DNA from: Candidatus Aminicenantes bacterium
GTDB taxonomy: Bacteria > Acidobacteriota > Aminicenantia > Aminicenantales > UBA4085
NCBI GenBank assembly: GCA_030691735.1
Contig: JAUYDS010000117.1
Span: forward strand, 17,280 to 81,279
Direction: 5' to 3'
DNA: 64,000 nucleotides
A program made the translations under genes and the position numbers. The notes under the pieces are model-generated. The model searched no databases, was not told where the DNA came from, and saw nothing but the letters and a program-made list of their open reading frames with translations. Each line of letters begins with the position of its first letter. Within the stretch, counting starts at the first letter, position 1. Below are positions 7,784 to 18,510 of this stretch, in pieces.

Positions 7784-9664
7784 ATGAAAACGACAGCCGC
7801 CGATGCTTACGATATTGTCGTAGTCGGAGCCGGCCATGCCGGTTGCGAGGCGGCCGCCGCAGCCTGCGCTATGGGCCTGTCGACCTGCCTGGTCACGATC
7901 CATCTTGAGACCATCGCTCAAATGTCCTGCAATCCGGCCATCGGCGGACTGGCCAAAGGCCATCTGGTCCGGGAAATCGACGCCATCGGCGGGCTCATGG
8001 GTCGGTTGGCTGATGAGACGGGGATCCAGTTCCGCTTGTTGAACCGGAGCCGGGGGGGTGCGGTCCAGGCGCCCCGCGCTCAATGCGACAAGGCCCTTTA
8101 TCGGCTGACAATGAAGAAATGGCTCGAGAACATTCCAAATATGACGGTTTTCCAAGGGATCGTGACCGATCTTCTCGTCGAGGACGGAAAGGCGAAAGGT
8201 ATCGCCACATTGGACGGCCACATGATCCGGGGCAAAGCGATCCTTCTAACTCCCGGCACGTTCTTGAACGGACTGATCCATATCGGGCTCAAGAGCTATC
8301 CGGCCGGGAGGGCCAACGAGCCCGCCGCCCCAGAGCTGGGAGAGTGCCTGAAAAGGCTCGGTTTGAAAACCTTGCGCCTAAAAACAGGCACGCCGATGAG
8401 GCTGGACAAGCATACCATCGACTGGTCGCGGTTCGAACCTCAGCCGGGCGACGAAATCCCCGTCCCTTTTTCGTTCAGAACAAGAAAAAGGCTCGAGAAT
8501 AAAGTCGTTTGTTATGCCGGATATACGAACGAAAAAACACATGAGGTCATCCGAAAGAACCTCGATAAATCTCCTCTCTTCAGCGGTAAGATTATAGGCG
8601 TCGGGACCCGCTACTGTCCATCGATCGAGGATAAAGTAGTGAAATTCCCTCATCATTCCCGGCACCACTTCTTTCTCGAGCCGGAAGGCCTTGAAACGGC
8701 GGAGGTTTATGTCAACGGCGTATCTTCCAGCCTTCCCTATGAAACACAGAAGAGCATCCTCGGGACCATCCCGGGGCTTGACCAGGCAAAGATCCTGAGG
8801 CCCGCCTATGGTATCGAGTATGACGCCATCTCCCCTGTCCAGCTTCGGCCTACGCTGGAAACGAGACTCATCGACGATCTCTATTTAGCCGGACAGATCA
8901 ATGGGACCTCGGGTTATGAAGAAGCCGCGGCCCAGGGGCTCATGGCCGGCATCAATGCCGCCTTGAAAATAAAAAAGAAAGCCCCATTTATTCTTCGCCG
9001 GGATGAAGCCTATATTGGAGTCCTCATCGATGACTTGATTTCCAAGGGCGTGGAGGAGCCTTACCGCCTTTTTACCTCGAGGGCCGAATATCGCCTCATG
9101 CTGAGGATCGACAACGCCGACGTCCGCTTGACCGGATACGGTCATGGTTTCGGACTGATCGGAGATGAGGAATTATGTGTTTTCCATGAGAAACAGGAAA
9201 GGGTGAGAAACGTCATCTATTTCCTGGAGAACAAGAAGATCACCCTGGCCAACAAGGAAAAAATCAGGCTGAAGGACTTCCTAAAAAAACCTGAAATCCA
9301 TTTCGAGAATATGCTAGAATACGGAAAGATTCCGGAGGCCCTAACCGATGAAGAGATCAGACACGTCGAGGCCGAAGTCAAATATGAAGGATATCTGAAA
9401 AAACAGGAAAAAGAGGTCGCCAAGATCTTGAAGATCGACGGCCTTAAAATTCCCGAGAAACTGGATCTTAAGAAAATTCATGGCCTGACCAGGGAAGCCG
9501 TGGAAAAGATGGAACAACATAGACCGAGGACGATCCGTGACATGAAAAAGATCCCGGGGCTCACCCCTTCCGACGTATTTTCCGTCTATGTCCACCTGAA
9601 GGCGCGGAAAAAGAGAAGGGTCACCGGCGATAATGTTCCACGTGGAACAATCGGCAATGGCTAA
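7784..9664 (+). CDS. mnmG: tRNA uridine 5-carboxymethylaminomethyl modification enzyme MnmG (GidA)
   Basis: Start at ATG 7784 ([27 protein letters not shown]-binding GxGxxG) two nt after the mnmE stop; the upstream part of the ORF-track call overlaps mnmE. Classic GidA body. Confidence 0.9.
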   Translation: MKTTAADAYDIVVVGAGHAGCEAAAAACAMGLSTCLVTIHLETIAQMSCNPAIGGLAKGHLVREIDAIGGLMGRLADETGIQFRLLNRSRGGAVQAPRAQCDKALYRLTMKKWLENIPNMTVFQGIVTDLLVEDGKAKGIATLDGHMIRGKAILLTPGTFLNGLIHIGLKSYPAGRANEPAAPELGECLKRLGLKTLRLKTGTPMRLDKHTIDWSRFEPQPGDEIPVPFSFRTRKRLENKVVCYAGYTNEKTHEVIRKNLDKSPLFSGKIIGVGTRYCPSIEDKVVKFPHHSRHHFFLEPEGLETAEVYVNGVSSSLPYETQKSILGTIPGLDQAKILRPAYGIEYDAISPVQLRPTLETRLIDDLYLAGQINGTSGYEEAAAQGLMAGINAALKIKKKAPFILRRDEAYIGVLIDDLISKGVEEPYRLFTSRAEYRLMLRIDNADVRLTGYGHGFGLIGDEELCVFHEKQERVRNVIYFLENKKITLANKEKIRLKDFLKKPEIHFENMLEYGKIPEALTDEEIRHVEAEVKYEGYLKKQEKEVAKILKIDGLKIPEKLDLKKIHGLTREAVEKMEQHRPRTIRDMKKIPGLTPSDVFSVYVHLKARKKRRVTGDNVPRGTIGNG

Positions 9665-10415
9665 TAAAATTATTGCGATCGCCAACCAAAAGGGCGGCGT
9701 GGGCAAAACCACGACAGCCATCAATCTGGCCGCCTGCCTTGCCTTGAAAAAAGCGCGAGTTCTATTGGTGGATTTTGATCCCCAAGGCATGGCCACGGCC
9801 GGACTCGGCAAGACAAAGGAAACCAATAAAGGCATCTATCAGGCCATGATGAACGGCCAGGACACCATGGAATTCGTCATCGGAACCGAACTCGACAACT
9901 TGTACCTTTGCCCTTGTTCACCCGAGCTGGCCGGCGCCGAAGTCGAACTCTATTCCAAAGAAAACAGGGAGCGGATGCTTCGCGATGCGCTGGACAAGAT
10001 CCGCCTGAAATTCAATTTCATCATCATCGATTGTCCGCCTTCGCTCGGTTTCTTGACGATCAATGCCCTGTCCGCGGCGGATTCCGTCTTGATCCCTGTC
10101 CAAACCGAGTTCTTTTGCATGGAGGGCATACCCGATCTGTTTCAAACCTTGAACGAGGTCCGCACTTACTTCAATCCGACGCTGAAAATCGAAGGGATCC
10201 TGTTGACGATGTATGACGAGAGAACGAACCTTTCCCGTCAAGTGGCGGAGGAGGTCCGAAAATCGCTTAAAGGGATCATTTATCAGGTCGTCGTCCCCCG
10301 GAGCATCCGGCTCGCGGAAGCTCCCAGCTTCGGCAAGCCGGTCATCCTCTACGATCCGAAATCCAGAGGGGCCGAGGCCTATCTCAATCTGGCTCAGGAG
10401 ATACTCGCGAAATGA
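9657..10415 (+). CDS. parA: chromosome partitioning ATPase ParA (Soj)
   Basis: [26 protein letters not shown] deviant Walker A at the internal ATG 9657; the ORF-track start 9633 overlaps the mnmG end. Confidence 0.85.
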   Translation: MANKIIAIANQKGGVGKTTTAINLAACLALKKARVLLVDFDPQGMATAGLGKTKETNKGIYQAMMNGQDTMEFVIGTELDNLYLCPCSPELAGAEVELYSKENRERMLRDALDKIRLKFNFIIIDCPPSLGFLTINALSAADSVLIPVQTEFFCMEGIPDLFQTLNEVRTYFNPTLKIEGILLTMYDERTNLSRQVAEEVRKSLKGIIYQVVVPRSIRLAEAPSFGKPVILYDPKSRGAEAYLNLAQEILAK

Positions 10416-11257
10416 AAAAGGCGCTAGGAAAAGGAATAAAGGCGTTCATCCCCGAAGAATACGGCATCCTCAAGGATGAGGTCTATGCCGAACTCGATAT
10501 CGATCAAATTCGGCCGAATCCGCTCCAGCCGCGGCTGAAGTTCGAAGAAAAAGCCATCCAGGAACTGGCCCAGTCGATCCGGGAGGCGGGCGTTCTCCAG
10601 CCGATCGTCGTCGTCCGTGATAACGGGCAATATAAAATACTGATCGGGGAGAGACGCTGGAGAGCGGCGCAAAAGGCAGGGCTGAGCAAAGTCCCCGCGC
10701 TCATAAGGAATATTCCCAAGGAACAACAGCTTGAGGTTTCCCTGGTCGAGAACTTACAGCGGGAACAATTGAATCCGGTCGAAATCGCCTTGGGCTACAA
10801 ACGGCTGATCGATGAGCTTGGCTACACTCAAGAAGACGTCGCCGAAAGGGTCGGTAAGGACAGGGCGTCCGTGGCCAATTTTCTGCGGCTTTTAAAATTG
10901 CCGAACGAGATCCTGGACCGCCTTCAAGACGGGGAGCTGTCCATGGGGCATGCCAAGGCGCTGCTCGCCGTCGAAAATCTCAAAACACAGGTCGAGCTGG
11001 CCAATAAGATCAGGCTCAAAGGACTCTCCGTCCGGGAAGCCGAGAGCCTCGTAGCCAGACTCAAGGAAAAACCGGCGCCTCCCAAAAAACGCCGGATCGA
11101 TCCGGACCTCGAAGCTTTGCAGGAAGAGCTTCTCAAAGTCCTGGGAGCCAAGGTCGTCATCTCCGGAAATCCGAAAACCGGGATCATCAAGATTTTTTAT
11201 TTTTCTTTGGACGAACTCAATCGGATCCATGGATTCATCAAAGGAGCGCGCTCATGA
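10412..11257 (+). CDS. parB: chromosome partitioning protein ParB (Spo0J)
   Basis: 281 aa; ParB N-terminal box ([15 protein letters not shown]) and HTH; start overlaps the parA stop. Confidence 0.85.
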   Translation: MKKALGKGIKAFIPEEYGILKDEVYAELDIDQIRPNPLQPRLKFEEKAIQELAQSIREAGVLQPIVVVRDNGQYKILIGERRWRAAQKAGLSKVPALIRNIPKEQQLEVSLVENLQREQLNPVEIALGYKRLIDELGYTQEDVAERVGKDRASVANFLRLLKLPNEILDRLQDGELSMGHAKALLAVENLKTQVELANKIRLKGLSVREAESLVARLKEKPAPPKKRRIDPDLEALQEELLKVLGAKVVISGNPKTGIIKIFYFSLDELNRIHGFIKGARS

Positions 11258-11640
11258 AGGACAAGAAAGTCGATGAAACGAAAATCAGCGGGTTTCTCGA
11301 TGAAGGAACGGAGTTCAGCGGGACGTTGAAATTCGCGGGATCATTCCGGATCGACGGGTTCTATAAAGGCAAGATCGAATCCGGATCCGTTCTGATCATC
11401 GGCAATAAAGGCAAGGTCGAAGCCGAGCTCTTCGTCAACCATGTCGTCATCAACGGAGAATTCATCGGTAACATCAAGGCCGCCGAAAGGGTCGAGATCA
11501 ATAGCCAGGGGCGCGCCACCGGGACGATCATTACGCCGAAGCTGATCGTGGAGGAGGGGGCTTTTCTCGAAGCTCGCTGTCAGACGGCCGGACATATTGC
11601 CGCTTCCGGATCGGAATCTATAGATAAATCGGAACTATGA
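11254..11640 (+). CDS. bactofilin family cytoskeletal protein (CcmA-like)
   Basis: 128 aa with a beta-helical DUF583 repeat pattern (..G.I.G....G..E.....V.ING.F.G.I.A...V.I...G...G.I.....). Confidence 0.65.
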   Translation: MKDKKVDETKISGFLDEGTEFSGTLKFAGSFRIDGFYKGKIESGSVLIIGNKGKVEAELFVNHVVINGEFIGNIKAAERVEINSQGRATGTIITPKLIVEEGAFLEARCQTAGHIAASGSESIDKSEL

Positions 11641-12368
11641 CTTTGGAAAAAGCCGCCGGAATCATTCCTGCCCGCTATGGGGCGACCCGCTTCCCGGGGA
11701 AACCGCTGGCCTCGATCCTCGGCAAGCCCATGATCCAGTGGGTCTATGAGGGCGCAAAGAAGTCTAAGTTGTTGAAAAGAATAATAATAGCAACTGATGA
11801 TCAAAGGATCGTCAAGGCCGCGGATGAATTCGGGGCCGAGGCCGTCATGACCTCGACCGATCACGAGTCGGGAACGGAACGCGTCGCCGAAGCGGCCGCC
11901 CAGGTAGAGGCCGAGATCATCGTCAATATCCAGGGCGACGAACCGCTCGTGGGCGGGGAGATGCTCGACGCGCTCGTCATCGCCCTTGACGATCCGTCGA
12001 TCTCCATGGCCACCTTGATGGCCAAAGTGACCGACATGGCTTTGCTTCAGGACAGTCATGTCGTCAAGGTCGTCACCGACAAGAACGGCTTCGCCCTCTA
12101 TTTTTCCCGGTCACCTCTCCCCTATCAGGCTCCGGACCATTTCTTCCAGCACATCGGCATCTACGGCTACCGCAAGGATTTTTTGATGAATTTCCACCGC
12201 CTTCCCGTGTCGAGGCTCGAACGGATCGAAAAGCTCGAACAGCTTCGCGTCCTGGAGAACGGAATGCCGATCCAGATGATCGAGATCCCGCGGCCCACCT
12301 TGAGCGTGGATACGCCGCAGGATATAATCAAGGTCGAGAAATTGCTGAGTGTGAGGACCCATGAGTAA
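11637..12368 (+). CDS. kdsB: 3-deoxy-manno-octulosonate cytidylyltransferase (CMP-KDO synthetase)
   Basis: 243 aa; IIPARYGATRFPGKPL N-terminus and NIQGDEPL motif are diagnostic for KdsB. Confidence 0.85.
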   Translation: MTLEKAAGIIPARYGATRFPGKPLASILGKPMIQWVYEGAKKSKLLKRIIIATDDQRIVKAADEFGAEAVMTSTDHESGTERVAEAAAQVEAEIIVNIQGDEPLVGGEMLDALVIALDDPSISMATLMAKVTDMALLQDSHVVKVVTDKNGFALYFSRSPLPYQAPDHFFQHIGIYGYRKDFLMNFHRLPVSRLERIEKLEQLRVLENGMPIQMIEIPRPTLSVDTPQDIIKVEKLLSVRTHE

Positions 12369-13971
12369 GTATATCTTCGTCACCGGAGGCGTGCTGTCGG
12401 GTCTCGGCAAGGGGATCGCCGCGGCGTCGATCGGCCGGCTTCTTGAAAGCCACGGCTTTAAGATCACGCTCCAAAAGTTCGATCCTTATCTCAACGTCGA
12501 CCCCGGGACGATGAATCCGTTCCAACACGGCGAAGTCTACGTCACGGACGACGGCGCGGAGACGGACCTCGATCTCGGCCATTATGAGCGGTTTACATCG
12601 ACGCGGACGACGAAATACCACAATTGGACGGCCGGCAAGATCTATGACCTGATCATCCGGAAGGAGCGGCGCGGCGAATACCTGGGCAAGACGGTCCAGG
12701 TCATCCCCCACGTGACGGACGAGATCAAGAACGCTTTCCGCGCCGTCACCAGCGACAACGACATCATCATCGTCGAGATCGGGGGGACGGTCGGTGACAT
12801 CGAAAGCCTTCCCTTTCTCGAAGCGACCCGCCAGATGCGGTTGACGCTCGGCCCGGAGAACGTTGTCTTCGTCCACCTGACGCTTGTCCCCTACATCGGC
12901 ACATCGGGTGAGCTCAAAACAAAGCCCACCCAGCATACCGTGAAAGAGCTGCGGGCCATCGGGATCCAGCCCGATATCCTGCTCTGCCGTACGGACCGCT
13001 TCCTGACCCAGGATCTGAAAACGAAGATCGCTCTTTTCACCAACGTTCCCGAGGAGGCCGTCATCACGGCCAAGGACGTGGCCAATATCTACGAGGTCCC
13101 GCTGATCTTCGCCCGGGAACGACTGGACGCGATCATTCTCAAACAGTTGAGGCTGGAATCCAGAAAACAGAACCTCGGGCAATGGAAATCCCTGGTGAAC
13201 AGGATGCGGCATCCCAAGGACGATGTGGATATCGCCCTGGTCGGAAAATACGCCGGCTTCAAGGATTCCTATCTGAGCCTGAAACAGGCTCTCGACCACG
13301 GCGGCCTGGCCAACCGGGTCAAGGTGAACATCTCCTGGATTGAAGCCGAGGACCTCGAGAAAGGGAAGATCGAAAAAGTCCTGCGGGACAAGGACGGCAT
13401 TCTCGTCCCCGGAGGATTCGGCCATCGCGGCATCGAAGGAAAGATCCGGGCGGTCACCTTCGCCCGGGAACATAAGGTCCCGTTCTTCGGCATCTGCCTC
13501 GGGATGCAGTGCGCGACCATCGAGTTCGCCCGCAACGTGGCCGGCCTGGACGGCGCGAACAGCACGGAATTCGACGAGGACGCGCCCCACAAGATCTTTT
13601 TCAAGTGGCGGGAGATCAAAGGCATCCAGGACCTGGGGGGGACGATGCGGCTGGGACAGTACCTGTGCCGCATGGAGAAGAATTCGTTCGCCTTTAAGGC
13701 CTACCGGACCGCCGAGATCTACGAGCGTCACCGGCATCGGTTCGAGTTCAATCCCGAGTATGAAAAACCGCTGGCGGAAGCGGGCCTGTTCATCTCGGGG
13801 AAGAACCCGGATTATGGATTGGTCGAACTCGTCGAATTGAAGTCTCATCCCTGGTTCTTAGGCTGTCAATTCCATCCCGAGTTCAAATCCAAACCTTTGA
13901 AACCGCATCCTTTGTTCAAAGCCTTCATCGGAGCCAGCCATGCGCACCGACTTAAAAGACATAAAAATTAG
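12361..13971 (+). CDS. pyrG: CTP synthase
   Basis: 536 aa; [20 protein letters not shown]-terminus and C-terminal glutamine amidotransferase (GICLGMQ). The antisense ORF 12328..13848 is rejected. Confidence 0.9.
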   Translation: MSKYIFVTGGVLSGLGKGIAAASIGRLLESHGFKITLQKFDPYLNVDPGTMNPFQHGEVYVTDDGAETDLDLGHYERFTSTRTTKYHNWTAGKIYDLIIRKERRGEYLGKTVQVIPHVTDEIKNAFRAVTSDNDIIIVEIGGTVGDIESLPFLEATRQMRLTLGPENVVFVHLTLVPYIGTSGELKTKPTQHTVKELRAIGIQPDILLCRTDRFLTQDLKTKIALFTNVPEEAVITAKDVANIYEVPLIFARERLDAIILKQLRLESRKQNLGQWKSLVNRMRHPKDDVDIALVGKYAGFKDSYLSLKQALDHGGLANRVKVNISWIEAEDLEKGKIEKVLRDKDGILVPGGFGHRGIEGKIRAVTFAREHKVPFFGICLGMQCATIEFARNVAGLDGANSTEFDEDAPHKIFFKWREIKGIQDLGGTMRLGQYLCRMEKNSFAFKAYRTAEIYERHRHRFEFNPEYEKPLAEAGLFISGKNPDYGLVELVELKSHPWFLGCQFHPEFKSKPLKPHPLFKAFIGASHAHRLKRHKN

Positions 13972-14767
13972 CCCCGGCGTCAGGATCGGCCGGCCCGGGA
14001 CGTTTTTCCTGATCGCGGGCCCGTGCGTCATCGAAAGCCGCGACCGCACCCTCCGTCTGGCCCGGCGCCTCAAATCGATCTCGGCTGAACTCAAGGTCCC
14101 TTTTATTTTCAAAGCGTCTTTCGACAAGGCCAACCGGTCGTCGATCCGTTCGTTCCGGGGCCCGGGGCTCGACAAAGGTCTCGAGATCCTGGCCGAGGTC
14201 AAGGCCGAGCTGGATGTTCCCGTCCTGTCCGACGTCCACGAAACGGCCCAAGTCGAAAGGGCCGCCGAGGTCCTCGATGTGATCCAGATCCCGGCTTTCC
14301 TCTGCCGGCAGACCGACCTCCTCTTGGCCGCGGCGAGAACGCAAAAGCCGGTCAATGTCAAAAAAGGACAATTCCTCTCGCCCTACGACATGAAGAACGC
14401 CGTCGAGAAGATCGAGAGCCAGGGGAATAGGAAGATCATCCTGACCGAACGCGGCACGATGTTCGGATACAACAACCTCGTCGTCGACATCCGCTCCATC
14501 CCCATCATGAAGAGATGGGGGTATCCCGTCGTCATCGATGCTTCGCACAGCGTCCAGAAGCCCGGGGGCCGCGGGACGTCGTCGGGCGGCGACCGGGAGT
14601 TCATTCCTACCATCGCCCGGGCCGCGACGAGCGCCGGCGCCGACGGCGTGTTTCTCGAGGTGTACGACGATCCCAAAGCGGCCTTGTCGGACAAGGAGAA
14701 CGCCCTTGACATCAAGGACCTGAAGGAACTTCTGGCAATATTGCTTCGCCTGAAGAAAGTCGTTTAA
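13940..14767 (+). CDS. kdsA: 3-deoxy-8-phosphooctulonate synthase (KDO-8-P synthase)
   Basis: 275 aa; FLIAGPCVIES, PFIFKASFDKANRSS, DVHE motifs. Confidence 0.85.
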   Translation: MRTDLKDIKISPGVRIGRPGTFFLIAGPCVIESRDRTLRLARRLKSISAELKVPFIFKASFDKANRSSIRSFRGPGLDKGLEILAEVKAELDVPVLSDVHETAQVERAAEVLDVIQIPAFLCRQTDLLLAAARTQKPVNVKKGQFLSPYDMKNAVEKIESQGNRKIILTERGTMFGYNNLVVDIRSIPIMKRWGYPVVIDASHSVQKPGGRGTSSGGDREFIPTIARAATSAGADGVFLEVYDDPKAALSDKENALDIKDLKELLAILLRLKKVV

Positions 14768-14771
14768 AGGA

Positions 14772-15746
14772 ATGCGCATGACGAAGAAAGAGGTCATCCG
14801 AACGGGGCGCGAAGTTCTCGAGATCGAGGCCCGTGCCGTCGAGGCTTTGAGCTCGCGTCTGAACGACAGCTTCGCTCGGGCCGTGGACCTCCTCTACAAG
14901 ACGAAGTCCCGCATCATCGTCCTCGGCATGGGCAAGTCCGGTCTGGTCGGCCGCAAGATCGCGGCGACGCTGGCCAGCTGCGGGACGCCGGCGATGTTCG
15001 TCCATCCGGCCGAGGCCGGCCACGGCGATCTCGGCATGATCCTGAAGGGCGACGTCGTCATCGCCGTCTCGTACAGCGGCGAGACACGGGAGATCATCGA
15101 TCTCCTGGATTTCATCAAGCGGATCGGCATCAAGCTCATCTGCATCACGGGCTGCCGGAACTCGAAGATCGCCAAGTACAGCGATATCGTCCTGGACGCA
15201 AGGGTCGAGAAGGAAGCCGAGCCGAGCGGGCTCGTCCCGACGGCCAGCTCCACGGCCTCCCTCGCTCTCGGGGACGCCCTGGCCGTCGCCTTGATGAAAA
15301 AAAAAGGCTTCAGCGAGAAGGAATTCGCCTTCGTTCATCCCAAAGGGGCGATCGGAAAGAAACTTCTCCGCGTCGAACGGCTCATGCATCGGGGGAAAGA
15401 CATCCCGGCGATCGGACCGGGGACGCCGATGAGCGAGGCGATCGAGGAGATGACGCGGAAAAGGCTGGGTCTGACCTGCGTCGTCGAGGGCGGCGTCCTA
15501 GTCGGCATCATCACCGACGGCGATCTGCGCCGGATGATCAAGAAATACAGGGAGACGCTGCTCCAGAAAACGGCCCGGGACTGCATGACGGCCGATCCGG
15601 TCACGATCGACAAGACCGACCTGGCCACCGAAGCCCTCCATCTCATGGAGCAAAAGAAGATCACCTCGCTCGTCGTCAAGAACAAGGCCGGCCGGATCGA
15701 GGGCATCATTCACCTCCATGACCTGTGGCGGACGGAGATGTTCTGA
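14772..15746 (+). CDS. kdsD: arabinose-5-phosphate isomerase (SIS domain plus tandem CBS), KdsD/KpsF family
   Basis: 324 aa; SIS domain (IIVLGMGKSG) followed by a CBS pair; sits in the KDO biosynthesis cluster. Confidence 0.8.
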   Translation: MRMTKKEVIRTGREVLEIEARAVEALSSRLNDSFARAVDLLYKTKSRIIVLGMGKSGLVGRKIAATLASCGTPAMFVHPAEAGHGDLGMILKGDVVIAVSYSGETREIIDLLDFIKRIGIKLICITGCRNSKIAKYSDIVLDARVEKEAEPSGLVPTASSTASLALGDALAVALMKKKGFSEKEFAFVHPKGAIGKKLLRVERLMHRGKDIPAIGPGTPMSEAIEEMTRKRLGLTCVVEGGVLVGIITDGDLRRMIKKYRETLLQKTARDCMTADPVTIDKTDLATEALHLMEQKKITSLVVKNKAGRIEGIIHLHDLWRTEMF

Positions 15747-15825
15747 TGGCGGCGAAAGCGCGCGCCCGCCGGATCAAGATGGTCCTGTTTGATCGGAAGA
15801 TATAGAAAGGACGGGGAGGAGAGGC

Positions 15826-17196
15826 ATGGACATCAATCCGAACATCTTTCGAGAATACGACATCCGGGGACTCGTCGACAAGGACCTGACGCCGGCCGTC
15901 GTCGAGACGCTGGGGAAGGGGATGGGGGCCTATTTCCGGCGGCAGGGAAAGCGGCAGGTAGCGGTCGGACGCGACTGCCGCCTGAGCTCGCCGTCCTACG
16001 CCCAGGCTTTGATGAAGGGCCTCCGCTCCGTCGGCTGTGACGGCGTGGATCTGGGTACGATCCCGACCCCCCTGCTCTATTTCGCCATCTATTACAAGGC
16101 CATGGAAGCCGGCGTCATGATCACCGGCTCGCACAATCCGCCCGAATACAACGGGTTCAAAATGATGTCGGGCCACGACACTCTTTACGGGGATACGATC
16201 CAGGAGGTCTTCCGCCTCATCAGGACGAACGAGATCATCGCCGCCAAGGAGGGGACGCAGAGCGCGTATGACATCGTCCCGGAATACATGGATTACGTCG
16301 TCGACAACATCAAGCTCCGGAAGAAGCTCAAGATCGTGATCGACGCCGGCAACGGGACGGGCGGAATGGTGGCCGTGCCCATTTTCAAGAGGTTGGGCTG
16401 CGACGTCGTCGAGCTCTACTGTGAGATGGACGGCCGCTTCCCCAATCATCATCCCGACCCGACCCTGCCGGAGGCCATGCGGGACCTGATCAAAAAGGTG
16501 AGCGAAACGAAGGCCGATTTCGGCATCGCCTACGACGGGGACGCCGACCGGATCGGCGTCGTCGACGACGAAGGCCACTTGATCTGGGGCGACCAGCTCC
16601 TCATCTTTTTTTCGCGCGACATCCTGAAGACGCATCCCGGCGCGGCGATCATCTCCGAGGTCAAGGCGACCAAAATCCTTTATGATGAGATCGCCAAACT
16701 CGGAGGGAAACCCATCATGTGGAAGACGGGCCATTCGCTCATCAAGAAGAAGATCAAAGAGGAAAAGGCCGTCCTCGCCGGCGAGATGAGCGGGCATATT
16801 TTCTTCGCCGACCGCTTCTTCGGTTTCGATGATGCTATCTATTCGTCGGCGCGGCTCGTCGAGCTCATGTCCCGATCGGACCGGAAGCTTTCGGAGATGC
16901 GGGCCGGCCTGCCCAAGACCTACAGCACCCCGGAGATCCGCGTCTACGCCTCGGAGGAGGTCAAGTTCAAGATTGTCGCGGAGGTCAGGAACGAGCTGGC
17001 GAAAAAGGTCCCGGTCATCGACATCGACGGCGTGCGGGCCATTTATCCGAAGGGCTGGGGGCTCGTCCGCGCCTCGAACACGCAGGCCGTTCTGGTCCTG
17101 CGCTTCGAAGCGGAGACCGAGGCGGACCTCGAGGCCATCCAGAAAGAAATGAAAGGAGCCGTGGAGCGGGCCATCCAAAAGCTGGAACAGGCATGA
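15826..17196 (+). CDS. phosphomannomutase/phosphoglucomutase
   Basis: 456 aa; active-site TGSHNPPEYNGFK and domain organisation of the alpha-D-phosphohexomutase family. The antisense ORF 15706..17178 is rejected on composition. Confidence 0.8.
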   Translation: MDINPNIFREYDIRGLVDKDLTPAVVETLGKGMGAYFRRQGKRQVAVGRDCRLSSPSYAQALMKGLRSVGCDGVDLGTIPTPLLYFAIYYKAMEAGVMITGSHNPPEYNGFKMMSGHDTLYGDTIQEVFRLIRTNEIIAAKEGTQSAYDIVPEYMDYVVDNIKLRKKLKIVIDAGNGTGGMVAVPIFKRLGCDVVELYCEMDGRFPNHHPDPTLPEAMRDLIKKVSETKADFGIAYDGDADRIGVVDDEGHLIWGDQLLIFFSRDILKTHPGAAIISEVKATKILYDEIAKLGGKPIMWKTGHSLIKKKIKEEKAVLAGEMSGHIFFADRFFGFDDAIYSSARLVELMSRSDRKLSEMRAGLPKTYSTPEIRVYASEEVKFKIVAEVRNELAKKVPVIDIDGVRAIYPKGWGLVRASNTQAVLVLRFEAETEADLEAIQKEMKGAVERAIQKLEQA

Positions 17197-18281
17197 CGAA
17201 GAAGTCCGACATCCACGCGGTCATCATGGCCGGCGGCAGCGGCACGCGGTTCTGGCCGCTCAGCCGGCGCAGGACGCCGAAACAGTTCCTGCCGATGGTC
17301 AGCGACAGGACGATGGTCGAAGAGACCGCCCGTCGGATCCGACCTCTCGTCCCGAACGAGAGGATCTACACGATCGCCAACGGTGCCCAGACGAGGATCC
17401 TCCGCCGGCTTCTGCCCGGCGTTCCGGCGCGGAATCTTCTGGCCGAGCCGAAGGGCAAGAACACGGCGCCGTCCCTCATCCTGGCCACGGCCTGGGTCTA
17501 CCTGAAAAACCAAGAGGGGGTCGTGGTCGTCCTTCCTTCCGACCACCTGATCACGGACAACGCCGCTTTTTTGAAGAAGATCGAGGCCGCCGCTGCCGCG
17601 GCCCGCGGCGAAGACGCTTTGATCACGTTCGGCATTCCGCCGACGTTCCCTTCGACGGGATTTGGCTACATCCATTACCGGAAGGGGGGCGCCCGGATGT
17701 ACGCCGGGGAACCGTTTTTCGGGGTCAAAGCGTTCAAGGAAAAACCGTCCCAGGAGATCGCCCGGAGTTTTTTCCGGTCGGGCGATTATTTCTGGAACTC
17801 CGGCATGTTCATCTGGAGGGCGAGCGTCTTTGCCCGGAAGATGGAGAGGTTCGCCCCGGACTTTTTTCCGTACTGGCGGCGCATGCTGGAAGCGCTCAAG
17901 GCGGGATCGCGGGCCAGGTTGGCCGCCGTTTTCGAGGATATCCCGGCCCTATCCATCGATTATGCCCTAATGGAGAAGGCGGGGGGGGTTCTGGTCAGCG
18001 AAGGGAATTTCGGCTGGTCTGATGTCGGCGCCTGGTCGGCGCTTGCCGAGATATGGGCAAGGGACGGTGCGGGCAACGCCGTCAAGGGGGATTCCGTGGT
18101 TCTGGATTCCCGGAACGTTCTTTGCTATAACCCCGGGAAGCTCACAGTATTGGTCGGCCTACAGGACCTCGTTATCGTCGACACCAAGGATGCCCTCTTG
18201 GTTTGTCGAATGGACCTGGATCAAAAGGTCAAGGAGGTTCTTGAGATCCTGAAGAAAAAAGGAAAAAAAGAATATCTTTAG
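17193..18281 (+). CDS. mannose-1-phosphate guanylyltransferase
   Basis: 362 aa; AVIMAGGSGTRFWPLSR nucleotidyltransferase N-terminus and ..NSGMFIW.. motif; overlaps the upstream phosphomannomutase stop. Confidence 0.75.
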   Translation: MTKKSDIHAVIMAGGSGTRFWPLSRRRTPKQFLPMVSDRTMVEETARRIRPLVPNERIYTIANGAQTRILRRLLPGVPARNLLAEPKGKNTAPSLILATAWVYLKNQEGVVVVLPSDHLITDNAAFLKKIEAAAAAARGEDALITFGIPPTFPSTGFGYIHYRKGGARMYAGEPFFGVKAFKEKPSQEIARSFFRSGDYFWNSGMFIWRASVFARKMERFAPDFFPYWRRMLEALKAGSRARLAAVFEDIPALSIDYALMEKAGGVLVSEGNFGWSDVGAWSALAEIWARDGAGNAVKGDSVVLDSRNVLCYNPGKLTVLVGLQDLVIVDTKDALLVCRMDLDQKVKEVLEILKKKGKKEYL

Positions 18282-18510
18282 GGTTTTGTTCTTTTTATAG
18301 AGGCTTTTCAGGCGCAAATAGGAAACGGCGCTGAGACCTCGGCCATGAATTGAGCGGCCAGGACCCCAGCTCGACAAGGCGATCGAGAAGGCACTGGAGC
18401 TCGTCGGCCGGAAAAGATGATGGACCCGAAGACGACCGCCGCATGGGGCGGGTCAGGCGGAGAGAGCGCCGATATGGTTTTTAAGGTTCACAGGAGAAGG
18501 AGCCGAAGCG

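Noticed and set aside
12328-13848. 506-aa minus-strand ORF antisense to pyrG
   Set aside because: No recognisable domains and skewed R/D/G/P composition. CTP synthase on the plus strand is unambiguous.
15706-17178. 490-aa minus-strand ORF antisense to the phosphomannomutase gene
   Set aside because: Antisense artefact. Phosphohexomutase active-site motif is on the plus strand.
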